Assembly (NCBI GenBank): GCA_045594085.1
Contig: JAZNXW010000020.1
Location: 5,768-69,767 of the forward strand
DNA: 64,000 bases
Source: Eubacteriales bacterium
GTDB lineage: Bacteria > Bacillota > Clostridia > Oscillospirales > CAG-272
Reading direction: 5' to 3'
Below the pieces are notes generated by a model that saw nothing but the letters and a program-made list of their open reading frames with translations, did not search any database and had not been told where the DNA came from. Position numbers and translations under genes: made by a program. Below are positions 17,065 to 25,910 of this stretch, piece after piece; position 1 is the stretch's first letter, and the number at the start of each line of letters is the position of its first letter.

Positions 17065-19146
17065 GTGGCAAACGCTTCGAAAATAAGCATAATCGTGCCC
17101 GTTTACAATGCGTCCGCATTCCTTAGAGACTGCGTTAACAGCATCCTGCGCGGCACGTACGGATCGTTTGAACTCATCCTTGTCGATGACGGCTCCACCG
17201 ACGAATCGGGAGAGCTTTGCGACAGCTTTGCCGCGCAAGACTGCCGCGTGCGAGTCATCCACACCGAAAACAAGGGGGCCGCAGACGCGCGCAACACTGC
17301 GCTCTCGATCGCAAGCGGAGATTACGTTGCCTTCATTGATGCTGACGACGCCGTTGCCCCCGATTACCTCGAAGTTCTCATTAACGAGATCGAGATCACG
17401 AATGCTGACGCCGCCGCGTGCAATTTCGTGCAGATCGGCAAGGACAGGCGCCGCCTCCCCGTCCACGTGATCCGAAATAGGATCGTCAGCGGCGGTGACG
17501 CCATGTATGATATTGCCATACGGCGTGAATTTTACTGGACGAATGTCTGCTGCAAGCTTTTTCGCGCAGATGCGATAAAAGATCTGCGCTTCCCCGCCCT
17601 TCGCTACGGCGAGGACGGCGCATTTATGTTTGATTTTCTTCTGCGCGGATACACACTCGCGTTGACGAATTATTGCGGCTACGTATATAACGACAACAGC
17701 GCCAGCGTCACGTCTGCGGACGTCTCCGATGTTGACCGCAGATTCGACGAGCTTACGCTCGCGTCGTACAAGCTGGAGGCTTTGCCCGATGCTTATACAA
17801 ACGTTCGCCGTGCATTCATTGATGAATATGCAAGATGCATCCACGGATGTGCCTACGCGATCTCGCTTTCGCGTGCGGTGCACGATCGAGTCTCGGAGCT
17901 GAAAGCGCACATCGACAAGCTCCGTCCCGAGCTCAAGCTCACGGACAGGAAAATCGTGCGTTTAATTCAACTGTACGAATCATCGCCTGATATCTACTCC
18001 GTTTTGGCTCATCTTTACCGCGCAAAGCGCCGTTTCGATGCGTTTTCACCGAAAAAAGCGATCGCCGCGCTCATCCCGACGAAAAACGTCATCCTGCTCG
18101 AGAGCTATCCGTGCTTTTCGGACAGTACAAAATCCGTTTTCGACGAGATGATACGACGCGGTTGGAACAAAAAGTACCGCTTTTATTGGATCACCTCACC
18201 ACATCCGACGCCGGACCTCGACGTTCCGAACGTCAGCTTCGTCAAAGACGGAAGTCTGCGTTTGAAGCTCATCAAGGCGCGCGCACGCGTGCTTATCTCG
18301 GGCAACCGTCCGCTTCCGAAGCTGAAAGAGAATCAGTATTCCGTTTTTATCACGCACGGCGCAGCCATCAAGCGTATGCGTTCATATTCGCTTCCCGACG
18401 GCATTGACGAAATGGCGGTACTGTCTGAGCTGCTGCGCATCTCCGATGCTGTCGCACACGGATTTCCGCCTTCGCATACTTACGCGCTCGGTCTTCCTCG
18501 GAACGACGAGCTGCTGCTTCCGCCTATCGACACGCACGCGCTTTTCCCCGACGCCGTGTTCGACAGACTCGTTTATTGGCTTCCCACCTACCGTCATCAC
18601 AAGATTACGGGTGAGTCCGTCAGCGAGACCCGTATCCCTCTGATACGCTCTCACGAAGATGCAAGGGCGATCAGCGAGGCGGCGAAGGGAAACGGGATCC
18701 TCATCGTCGCAAAGCCTCATTTCGCGGACGATCTTCATCCCGTCACATCAGATGCGCTATCCAATCTTCGTTTCATCGACGATGATTTCCTTTTACGCAA
18801 AAGCGTTGGCAATTATGAGCTTTTGCGCTCCGCGGATGCGCTTTTAACGGACTATTCCTCCGTTTATTTCGATTATCTCGCCCTGGACAGACCGATCGGT
18901 CTTATCTGGGAGGATACAGACGAATACCGCGCCCGCGAGGGCTTCGGCATCGATACTGATTTTTTTATGTCCGCAGGCGAAAAAATATACTCCCGGGATG
19001 AGCTTTACGCTTTCCTCAGACGAATACGCGAAAGCATTGACGCAAAATCAGACGTGCGAAAGCAGATCGCCGACGCCGTACTGCCAAAATCGGAAACGTG
19101 TGCATCCGCACGCGTTGTAGACAGAATAAGCTCAAAGCTCAAATAG
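17065..19146 (+). CDS. Fusion protein: family-2 glycosyltransferase (N-terminal) plus CDP-glycerol glycerophosphotransferase TagB/TagF-like domain (C-terminal)
   Basis: 693-aa ORF with a GTG start after AAAGGAG. The N-terminal part has ISIIVPVYNA...LILVDDGSTD...FIDADD (GT2). The C-terminal part has THGAAIK, GLPRND, WLPTYR and LLTDYSSVYFDYLALDRPI (TagF-type). Confidence 0.85.
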   Translation: MANASKISIIVPVYNASAFLRDCVNSILRGTYGSFELILVDDGSTDESGELCDSFAAQDCRVRVIHTENKGAADARNTALSIASGDYVAFIDADDAVAPDYLEVLINEIEITNADAAACNFVQIGKDRRRLPVHVIRNRIVSGGDAMYDIAIRREFYWTNVCCKLFRADAIKDLRFPALRYGEDGAFMFDFLLRGYTLALTNYCGYVYNDNSASVTSADVSDVDRRFDELTLASYKLEALPDAYTNVRRAFIDEYARCIHGCAYAISLSRAVHDRVSELKAHIDKLRPELKLTDRKIVRLIQLYESSPDIYSVLAHLYRAKRRFDAFSPKKAIAALIPTKNVILLESYPCFSDSTKSVFDEMIRRGWNKKYRFYWITSPHPTPDLDVPNVSFVKDGSLRLKLIKARARVLISGNRPLPKLKENQYSVFITHGAAIKRMRSYSLPDGIDEMAVLSELLRISDAVAHGFPPSHTYALGLPRNDELLLPPIDTHALFPDAVFDRLVYWLPTYRHHKITGESVSETRIPLIRSHEDARAISEAAKGNGILIVAKPHFADDLHPVTSDALSNLRFIDDDFLLRKSVGNYELLRSADALLTDYSSVYFDYLALDRPIGLIWEDTDEYRAREGFGIDTDFFMSAGEKIYSRDELYAFLRRIRESIDAKSDVRKQIADAVLPKSETCASARVVDRISSKLK

Positions 19147-19196
19147 AGCTTCACATCAACAAATTTTGCCGCCATCGGCGGCGAGTGGAGATAAAA

Positions 19197-20741
19197 ATGA
19201 ATAATATTTTTGCCATTCGCTCCGAGCGGCGTGCCGGAGTGATAATATCATACGTTCAGACAGCGCTAAGCATAATCATCGCGCTCTCCTATATGCCAAT
19301 TATGCTCGGCATACTCGGAAAGCACGAATACGGACTTTACCAAACAGTATGCTCAGTTATTGCGACGCTGTCAATCCTCGATCTCGGCTTCACGGGATCA
19401 TACACACATTTCTACTTCCGCCAGAAAAACGAGGGCGGAGAGGACGCCGTTTCGCGTCTTAACGGACTTTTCATCACTGTTTATTCCGTCATTGGCGCGA
19501 CAGCCTTCATCTGCGGAACGTACCTGCTTCGCCATCTCGAGGTCATCTTCGGTGACGGACTTACGGATCTTGAATACGAAAAAGCAGGCACTATGATGCT
19601 TCTGCTTTCCTTCAATCTGCTGACCACGTTCGTGTCGGGCGTCTTTTCTGCCTATATCAGAACGCAGGAAAGATTCGTATTCTCCGAATCCCTCTCCCTG
19701 ATCCGCACTGTCGCGAGTCCGTTCGTTCAGCTTCCTCTCATCACGCTCGGCTTCGGATCCGTCGGTATGACAGTCGCACGCTTCGCCGTCAATCTCGTCT
19801 GCGACATCGCGATCGTCATCTACGCCTTGACAAAGCTCCGCTTCCGCGCTGTCTTTTCCGGTTCCGAACGCGGACTTTTCGGAAAGGTATTCGCGTTCTC
19901 TTCCCTGATCGCGCTCAATATGATCGTTGATCAGATCAACGCCAACATCGACAACGTCATCCTTGCTCGCATCTGCGGCACCGCTGAGGTCGCAGTCAAT
20001 GCCGTCGGCGTTATGATCTGCTCGTACTACACACTTTTCTCGACCTCGATATCCAAGGTCTACACTCCCAAGATCCACCGTCTCGTTCACGACGGAGATC
20101 ACGAAAGAAACGCTGAACGCAACCGTCTGACGGAGTTTTTCACCTCGATCGGACGCATACAGTTTATGATACTCGCGCTCGTTTCATCGGGATTTATCAT
20201 TTTCGGACGCGATTTCATCACACTTTGGGCAGGCAACAGCTTCAAGGACGCGTACGCGGTCTGTGTTCTGCGTATGCTCCCCGCAACAGTTCCGCTGATA
20301 CAAAATGTCGGAATTGAGATCCAGCGCGCACAGCGCCGTCACTATTACCGCGCGTTCGTTTACTCGGGAATGGCATTCGCTAACGTCGTTATGACACTTC
20401 TGCTCGCGCATCGTTTCGGCTCCGTCGGTGCCGCATTCGCAACAGGTACGGCGACTCTGTTCGCAAACGGACTGATAATGAACTACATCTACCACAAGAA
20501 GATCAACATCGACGTACTCCGCTTTTGGCGCAGCATTCTCTCGCTTTTAAAGGGAATGATCGTGCCGTTCACGCTCGGCGCGCTCGCGTTCATCTTTGTA
20601 GACTTCACGTCGTGGATCACGCTCGGACTCGGCATCGTCGCATACAGCACCGTGTACGTCTTTTTCGTTTGGAGATTCTCCGCGAACGAAGATGAAAAGC
20701 AGCACATCATCTCGATGTTCGGGAAGAAAAAGACTGTATAA
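19197..20741 (+). CDS. Polysaccharide/teichoic-acid flippase (Wzx-like, MOP superfamily)
   Basis: The start is taken at ATG 19197 (MNNIFAIRSERRAGVI...), giving about 514 aa with 12-14 predicted TM helices. It follows the glycosyltransferase gene. Confidence 0.8.
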   Translation: MNNIFAIRSERRAGVIISYVQTALSIIIALSYMPIMLGILGKHEYGLYQTVCSVIATLSILDLGFTGSYTHFYFRQKNEGGEDAVSRLNGLFITVYSVIGATAFICGTYLLRHLEVIFGDGLTDLEYEKAGTMMLLLSFNLLTTFVSGVFSAYIRTQERFVFSESLSLIRTVASPFVQLPLITLGFGSVGMTVARFAVNLVCDIAIVIYALTKLRFRAVFSGSERGLFGKVFAFSSLIALNMIVDQINANIDNVILARICGTAEVAVNAVGVMICSYYTLFSTSISKVYTPKIHRLVHDGDHERNAERNRLTEFFTSIGRIQFMILALVSSGFIIFGRDFITLWAGNSFKDAYAVCVLRMLPATVPLIQNVGIEIQRAQRRHYYRAFVYSGMAFANVVMTLLLAHRFGSVGAAFATGTATLFANGLIMNYIYHKKINIDVLRFWRSILSLLKGMIVPFTLGALAFIFVDFTSWITLGLGIVAYSTVYVFFVWRFSANEDEKQHIISMFGKKKTV

Positions 20742-20767
20742 AAAAGGCACCCAAAAGGGTGCCTTTT
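20742..20767 (+). terminator. Terminator hairpin after the flippase gene; copy 1 of a 26-bp direct repeat
   Basis: AAAAGGCACCC-AAAA-GGGTGCCTTTT. It is identical to 20914-20939. Confidence 0.7.
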
Positions 20768-20897
20768 AAGCGAGTAAAGACCTTTCCTCGGGAATCTGAA
20801 CCCGGGAAAAGCGGCACAGCCGCATTTCCTCTCTTAAACGCGTCAAAACAAGCGATTTGCATTAGTCTCCGACGCGTTTAAGGGCGTTTTCATCAAT

Positions 20898-20955
20898 CCT
20901 CGCCTCCATAGAGAAAAGGCACCCAAAAGGGTGCCTTTTCTCTATGGAGGCGAGG
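20898..20955. repeat. Perfect 27-bp inverted repeat (4-nt loop) containing the tmRNA terminator and the last 11 nt of tmRNA
   Basis: CCTCGCCTCCATAGAGAAAAGGCACCC-AAAA-GGGTGCCTTTTCTCTATGGAGGCGAGG. The inner part (20914-20939) is copy 2 of the 26-bp repeat and acts as the ssrA terminator on the minus strand. Confidence 0.85.
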
Positions 20956-21293
20956 GGAATCGAACCCCTGTCCGAAAACCCATCCACTTCACTTTCTACG
21001 GGCGTAGATCACCTACGTTATCTCCCGTCTCCCGCGCGGATGATCGCGCTCGGGAGGCGGCAGCACTTTAATGCGTGGTCGTTTCAAGTGCGAAAACGCG
21101 ACTCACGTGCACCACGGTAGTCACGCCCGCACCGAGGTCGTGGTCCCCCTCGGTGAAGACGCGCCGCACTTAGGCAGCGAGAGCTAAATCGTCGTTAGCG
21201 TTTAATTTTAAAATAGGGCCGGATTAAAGAGCTTTCCCCATGCTCTGCCCGCTTATGAAACTTCAAGATCCCCGTCGAAACCTTTACGCCCCC
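20945..21293 (-). ncRNA. ssrA: tmRNA (SsrA)
   Basis: The minus-strand 5' end is GGGGGCGTAAAGGTTTCGACGGGGATC and the 3' end is GGGGTTCGATTCCCCTCGCCTCCA. The internal tag frame ...GCT AAC GAC GAT TTA GCT CTC GCT GCC TAA encodes ...ANDDLALAA. smpB is nearby. Confidence 0.93.
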
Positions 21294-21318
21294 GTATATG
21301 AACGGGGCGAACACCCCG

Positions 21319-21996
21319 TTACACACTGATTGCGTTTGCGCGTTCAAGGTAATCTCTGCAATAATCAATAACACACTCCGTCGCGGATGCAACAAAATCC
21401 GTCATTTGCTCCGGCGTCATATAGATATACGGATCATCTTCGTCGCGGCTGTACGGCTCACTGTAAAAGCTGACGATACGGCAAATCGTTTCGCGAACAA
21501 GCTCCGTCGGAACAAAGTCTATCATTCTTTCGTTAAAGTCCGTGTACTCCGACAGCACCGCAAGCGGTGCAAAATCAGGAAAATCACGCACAAACAACCG
21601 GTCGAGATCGTACCAATCGTGCTTGACGGCGGTTACGTAGTCGAGCTTCGTCGAAAATGAGCCGCCGAAGCGGCACTTTGTGGGGTAATATACCTCCTGC
21701 GCCCAGAGTCTGTCCGTTAAAAGATGCGAAAGATAGCCGAGACGGAAGAAAAAGTTGTCCGCGTCCGCTGTTTTCATCTGTTCGGAATCAAATCTGTGCG
21801 GATCAACGACTCCGTCCTCGGACGTTTTGAAATGCGTCACCGTTTTCGGCGGCGTATACGAAAGTCCGTCCGCATTCATCCGTCCCGAATCCGGCGCGAT
21901 GTTACCGATGATAAAATCATCGTAAGCTTTGCCCGAAAGACCGTACTTTTTCGCTATCACATCTGCCGCACGCAGATGCACCATCCAGGATGCCAC
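21319..21996 (-). CDS. Metal-dependent hydrolase, zinc-dependent phospholipase C-like family (functional call tentative)
   Basis: 225-aa ORF. N-terminal SWMVHLRAAD...GNIAPDSG resembles the His/Asp metal-ligand pattern of small bacterial Zn-PLC-like proteins. This is recalled from memory and has not been checked. Confidence 0.5.
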   Translation of the reverse strand: MASWMVHLRAADVIAKKYGLSGKAYDDFIIGNIAPDSGRMNADGLSYTPPKTVTHFKTSEDGVVDPHRFDSEQMKTADADNFFFRLGYLSHLLTDRLWAQEVYYPTKCRFGGSFSTKLDYVTAVKHDWYDLDRLFVRDFPDFAPLAVLSEYTDFNERMIDFVPTELVRETICRIVSFYSEPYSRDEDDPYIYMTPEQMTDFVASATECVIDYCRDYLERANAISV

Positions 21997-22001
21997 AGTC
22001 T

Positions 22002-22484
22002 TTACTCCGCGTATTTACCGCGTCCCTTGACGTAACGCTCCATCGTACGCTCCGCGTTACGCTTTGCGTCGTCGTCGCGCTTATCGTAGAGCTTTTTACC
22101 CTTACAAAGACCGACCTTCATCTTCACTCTCGAGCCCGAAAAATACAGTGACAGCGGGATGAGGGTATATCCGTCTTGAGTGACCTTGCCGAACAGCTTA
22201 TTGATCTCACGCTTGTGCATCAGGAGCTTTTTCGGACGAAGCGGATCGCGATTGAATATATTTCCCTTTTCATAGGGACTTATATGAAACCCATACGCGA
22301 AAAGCTCGCCGCCCTCGATGCGGCAGTACGAATCCTTGAGATTGGTCTTACCTTCACGGAGACTTTTGACCTCCGTGCCGAAAAGTGCGATCCCCGCTTC
22401 GTATGTGTCTTCTATGAAATATTCGTGGCGTGCGGCGCGGTTTTCCGCAATCTGCTTGCCGTCCGTTTTCTTCTTTTCTGCCAC
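22002..22484 (-). CDS. smpB: SsrA-binding protein SmpB
   Basis: 160-aa ORF with IAENRAARHEYFIEDTYEAGIALFGTEVKSLR... and a basic C-terminal tail, which is canonical for SmpB. Confidence 0.95.
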   Translation of the reverse strand: MAEKKKTDGKQIAENRAARHEYFIEDTYEAGIALFGTEVKSLREGKTNLKDSYCRIEGGELFAYGFHISPYEKGNIFNRDPLRPKKLLMHKREINKLFGKVTQDGYTLIPLSLYFSGSRVKMKVGLCKGKKLYDKRDDDAKRNAERTMERYVKGRGKYAE

Positions 22485-22593
22485 TGCGGTGACCTCCTTT
22501 CCTGTCGGTGACCTATATTATATACAAAACTCACGTCTTTGTCAAGGCGGAGGCAAAAGACGACAAAAATCGAGCAATACTTCAGCTTTGGGA

Positions 22594-22622
22594 TTGCCGA
22601 CGGTGGCGAAATGTGATATAAT
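22594..22622 (+). promoter_or_regulatory. Candidate promoter (TTGCCG-17-TGaTATAAT)
   Basis: TTGCCG at 22594-22599 and TATAAT at 22617-22622, about 50 nt upstream of the DUF2284-like gene. Confidence 0.45.
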
Positions 22623-22674
22623 CAAGTATAGATGATAACAGAGTTGCCGCCGATGCGGCAGAACGGAGAATAAA

Positions 22675-23187
22675 ATGGCAGACTTCTCAAAATATACGGA
22701 GCTTGCGCTCCGAATGGGGGCTACAGACGCTGTACAGTTCAACATATCCGACATTTGCTTTGACAGCCGCACTCTTCTCAAGTGTATGTACGGCTGTGAC
22801 GACTGGGGCAAGAATCACACCTGCCCTTCACGTCCCGGCTCTCCGTCAATGGCTGAATACCGCGAGATGTTATCGCGCTACAGCGGAGGCATCATCGTAC
22901 ACACGCACGAAAAGAGCCTTTCGCAGAAGATCTCTTTCAAGATTGAGGGAGAGGCGTTCCGCGACGGCTATTATTTCGCGTTCTCCCTTTCCGATTGCGC
23001 GCTTTGCAAGGAATGTGCCGCTGTTGAAAACGCGCCGTGCAGATTCATGCACATGGCACGTCCCGCGTTCCATTCGGTCGGCATCGATGTATTCAAGACT
23101 GTAAGACAGCTCGGTCTGCCGATATCCACCCTCGTGGATGCAGACAACGAAGAGCAGAACTGGTATTCCGCTGTATTTATCGAGTGA
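22675..23187 (+). CDS. Cys-rich predicted metal-binding protein (DUF2284-like)
   Basis: 170-aa ORF with CMYGCDDWGKNHTCP and CALCKEC...C cysteine clusters, as in the DUF2284 family. Confidence 0.65.
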   Translation: MADFSKYTELALRMGATDAVQFNISDICFDSRTLLKCMYGCDDWGKNHTCPSRPGSPSMAEYREMLSRYSGGIIVHTHEKSLSQKISFKIEGEAFRDGYYFAFSLSDCALCKECAAVENAPCRFMHMARPAFHSVGIDVFKTVRQLGLPISTLVDADNEEQNWYSAVFIE

Positions 23188-23268
23188 TTTATGAGAGTGA
23201 AACTTTTCTCGAAAAGTTTCACTCTCGCGCTCTCATTTCAAAAGCTTTCAACTATAAGGAGGTACAAT

Positions 23269-23940
23269 ATGAAAATACAGATTAGTGATAATTTGATAAA
23301 GCATTATTTGCGTAATGTCTATTTCATAAACGGACACAGCTACGCAGGTAAGTCGACGATGGTTCGGATGCTTTCCGAGCGCTACGATATGATCTTCTGC
23401 GGCGAAAATTATCACGACGCGTTTCCGCGTGAGAAGCTGTCACGTTGGAAACAACCCGGGCTTTGCTATTTCGACACTATGCGCAGTTGGGAAGAATGGC
23501 TCAACATGACTCCGGAGGAGCATTACAACTGGATGGAAAACGTCTCTCAGGAGTGCATTGAAGTCGAAATACTTGAACTTCTGAAGCTCGCCTCCGACGA
23601 CAAAAAAGTGATCGTCGACACGAACATTCCACCCAATGTACTGCGCGAGATTTCATCATACAACAACGTAGCAATAATGCTGTGCGATCCACCCGACATT
23701 TGCGCCACACGTTTCTTTGATCGCGATGATCCCGACAAAAAATTCATGATGGATCAGATAATGAGATGCCCGGATCCCGAGGCAACGCTCAAAAATTTCA
23801 ATTCCTGGGCGCTATATCATCCGCCGATTGAGACGGACTGGGCACACACGGGATTTTTCACCTACACACGTTCGGATTTTGAAACAGATACGCGCGAAGA
23901 AGTCCTCAACATTCTCGCAACACATTTCGGATTGAAGTGA
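23269..23940 (+). CDS. P-loop NTPase/kinase-like protein, function unknown
   Basis: The start is taken at ATG 23269 after AAGGAGG. It has Walker A GHSYAGKST and is about 223 aa. Confidence 0.6.
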   Translation: MKIQISDNLIKHYLRNVYFINGHSYAGKSTMVRMLSERYDMIFCGENYHDAFPREKLSRWKQPGLCYFDTMRSWEEWLNMTPEEHYNWMENVSQECIEVEILELLKLASDDKKVIVDTNIPPNVLREISSYNNVAIMLCDPPDICATRFFDRDDPDKKFMMDQIMRCPDPEATLKNFNSWALYHPPIETDWAHTGFFTYTRSDFETDTREEVLNILATHFGLK

Positions 23941-24007
23941 AATGCCCCTGCGACCGACGTCGATGATTTACCAAGCATAACCTCCGCATCCTGTGATGAG
24001 GATGCAC

Positions 24008-24036
24008 AAAAAAGCACCGAAAAATCGGTGCTTTTT
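24008..24036. terminator. Bidirectional terminator
   Basis: AAAAAA, then AGCACCGA-AAAA-TCGGTGCT, then TTTT. Confidence 0.8.
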
Positions 24037-24037
24037 C

Positions 24038-25606
24038 TTATTTTCCTTCGTCGGAAAGCGCCGTTGTGGCACGGACCGTCACCATTCTGTCGTAGCACGC
24101 GAACATGCCGTCAACAGCTTCGGTATCTGGCTTCTTTGTAAAGAGGCTGACAACGGGCACAACAACGAGTCCCGTCACCATCGAAAGCACGCCCGCATTG
24201 ATGGGAGACGTGAAGTAGGGGCTGATGAATACGTTTCCCGTGAAGCTGCATGCCATATTCGCGCACATAATGCCGATTCCCGTCACGAAGCTTGCCCAAA
24301 CAGCTGCCTTCGTTGTCTTTTTCCAGTAAAGTGCGTAGAGGAACGGGGCGAGGAATGCACCGGCAAGCGCACCCCACGAAATTCCCATGAGCTGTGCGAT
24401 AAACGTCACTGATGACTTCGCCTGGATGATTGCAAGAACTGACGACACAGCGATAAAAAACGCGACGAGAACGCGGATTATGGAAAGCTGTGTGCGTTCG
24501 GACGGCTTCGTTTCGGAAGCGGGAACGATGATATCAAGCGTGAAGGTCGATCCGGACGTAAGCACGAGAGAGGACAGAGTTGACATTGAGGCTGACAGCA
24601 CGAGAATAACAACGATTCCGATAAGGATATCGGGCAGGCTTTCGACCATTTTTACGATGATACTGTCATAGACAGGAGTACCGGACGCGGAGTATTCGAT
24701 CACGTCAGCATACAGACGGCCGAAGCCGCCGAGGAAGTAGCATCCGCCTGCAACGACGAATGCAAAAACGGTCGAAATAACAGTTCCCTTTCCGATGGAG
24801 CTTTCGTCCTTGATCGCGTAGAATTTGCCCACCATCTGAGGAAGTCCCCACGTACCGAGAGAAGTGAGGAGCACGACGCCGAGCAAGTATACGGGCTCAG
24901 GGCCGAAGAACGAGACGAACGCGCCGCTGAGCTCGGGATCAGCCTCCGAGGGAATCTGCGAAAGAGATCTGAACGCTTCTGTAAATCCGCCGTTTCCGTT
25001 AAGTACCGCAACAACAACGGCGACGATACCGAAGAGCATAATGATTCCCTGAATGAAATCGTTGACGGCGCTCGCCATATATCCGCCCGCAAGGACGTAT
25101 ACGCCCGTAAGCACCGCCATAGCAAGTACGCACCAAACGTAATCTATGCCGAATGCCATCTCAAAAAGGCGTGAAAGTCCGTTATAAAGCGAAGCGGTAT
25201 ACGGGATGAGGAACACGAAAATGATTACGGAGGCGGCAATGCGAAGTCCTTTTGATCCGAAGCGCGAACCGAAAAAATCGGGCATTGTAGAGCTGTCGAG
25301 GTACTGAGTCATAAGACGTGTACGTCTGCCTAGGATGACCCATGCGAGAAGCGATCCGATCAGCGCGTTGCCTATGCCGATCCACGTTGCAGAGGCACCG
25401 TAACGCCATCCGAACTGTCCGGCATATCCGATGAAGATAACAGCGGAAAAATACGACGTTCCGTATGCGAAGGATGTGAGCCACGGTCCGACGTTGCGTC
25501 CGCCGAGCACAAAGCCCTTGACGTCAGAGGAGTGACGTCGGCACCAAAGACCGACACCGACCGTAACCGCAAAGAAAACTACAAGCAAAATGATTTTTAC
25601 TGCCAT
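24038..25606 (-). CDS. Sodium:solute symporter family (SSF) transporter, PutP/PanF-like; substrate unknown
   Basis: 522-aa ORF with about 13 TM helices and an N-terminal GGRNVGPWLTSFAYGTSYFSA region typical of SSF. Confidence 0.85.
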   Translation of the reverse strand: MAVKIILLVVFFAVTVGVGLWCRRHSSDVKGFVLGGRNVGPWLTSFAYGTSYFSAVIFIGYAGQFGWRYGASATWIGIGNALIGSLLAWVILGRRTRLMTQYLDSSTMPDFFGSRFGSKGLRIAASVIIFVFLIPYTASLYNGLSRLFEMAFGIDYVWCVLAMAVLTGVYVLAGGYMASAVNDFIQGIIMLFGIVAVVVAVLNGNGGFTEAFRSLSQIPSEADPELSGAFVSFFGPEPVYLLGVVLLTSLGTWGLPQMVGKFYAIKDESSIGKGTVISTVFAFVVAGGCYFLGGFGRLYADVIEYSASGTPVYDSIIVKMVESLPDILIGIVVILVLSASMSTLSSLVLTSGSTFTLDIIVPASETKPSERTQLSIIRVLVAFFIAVSSVLAIIQAKSSVTFIAQLMGISWGALAGAFLAPFLYALYWKKTTKAAVWASFVTGIGIMCANMACSFTGNVFISPYFTSPINAGVLSMVTGLVVVPVVSLFTKKPDTEAVDGMFACYDRMVTVRATTALSDEGK

Positions 25607-25625
25607 AACGGCCTCCGTTACAGTT

Positions 25626-25661
25626 AAAATAAAATAAGCCCCGGCGTGAGCGCCGCGGCTT
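25626..25661 (-). terminator. Leader (attenuator-type) terminator upstream of the symporter gene
   Basis: On the minus strand: AAGCCGCGGCG-CUCA-CGCCGGGGCUU followed by AUUUUAUUUU, ending about 20 nt before the RBS GGAGG of the symporter. Confidence 0.6.
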
Positions 25662-25804
25662 GCAGTCCTTTTGGGGTATATCTTTTATGATATAAGTCTC
25701 CGTGCACGCTCAAATAACCCCGCTTACGTAATAAGCGCGGTAATAATACGCGAGATACACGAAACAAGTTCTCATAAACGACACCTCGGATTAAGGTTTA
25801 TTCT

Positions 25805-25833
25805 ATTTTAGCACTATTGTCATCGTTTGTAAA
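25805..25833 (-). promoter_or_regulatory. Candidate promoter (TTTACA-17-TAAAAT) for the symporter leader
   Basis: The reverse complement of 25828-25833 is TTTACA and of 25805-25810 is TAAAAT. Confidence 0.45.
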
Positions 25834-25866
25834 TAGTTTTTTGCAATTTCAAGAACAAAATGTTGC

Positions 25867-25905
25867 AAAAGCTCCCGCTTGCGAAATGCAAACGGGAGCT
25901 TTTTT
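25867..25905. terminator. Terminator downstream of the CotH-family gene
   Basis: AGCTCCCG...CGGGAGCT hairpin with an inner TTGC/GCAA, flanked by AAAA and TTTTTT. Confidence 0.75.
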
Positions 25906-25910
25906 ATCGT

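Noticed and set aside
20768-20913. Mobile element, integrase or prophage at the tmRNA and tRNA-Glu duplications
   Set aside because: No integrase, transposase or phage genes occur anywhere in the window. Only the short repeat scars are present, so no mobile_element feature is called.
25607-25800. T-box leader upstream of the symporter
   Set aside because: It is too short, and it lacks the specifier loop/AGAGA/GNUGGUA-type T-box sequence. It is kept only as an unclassified leader.
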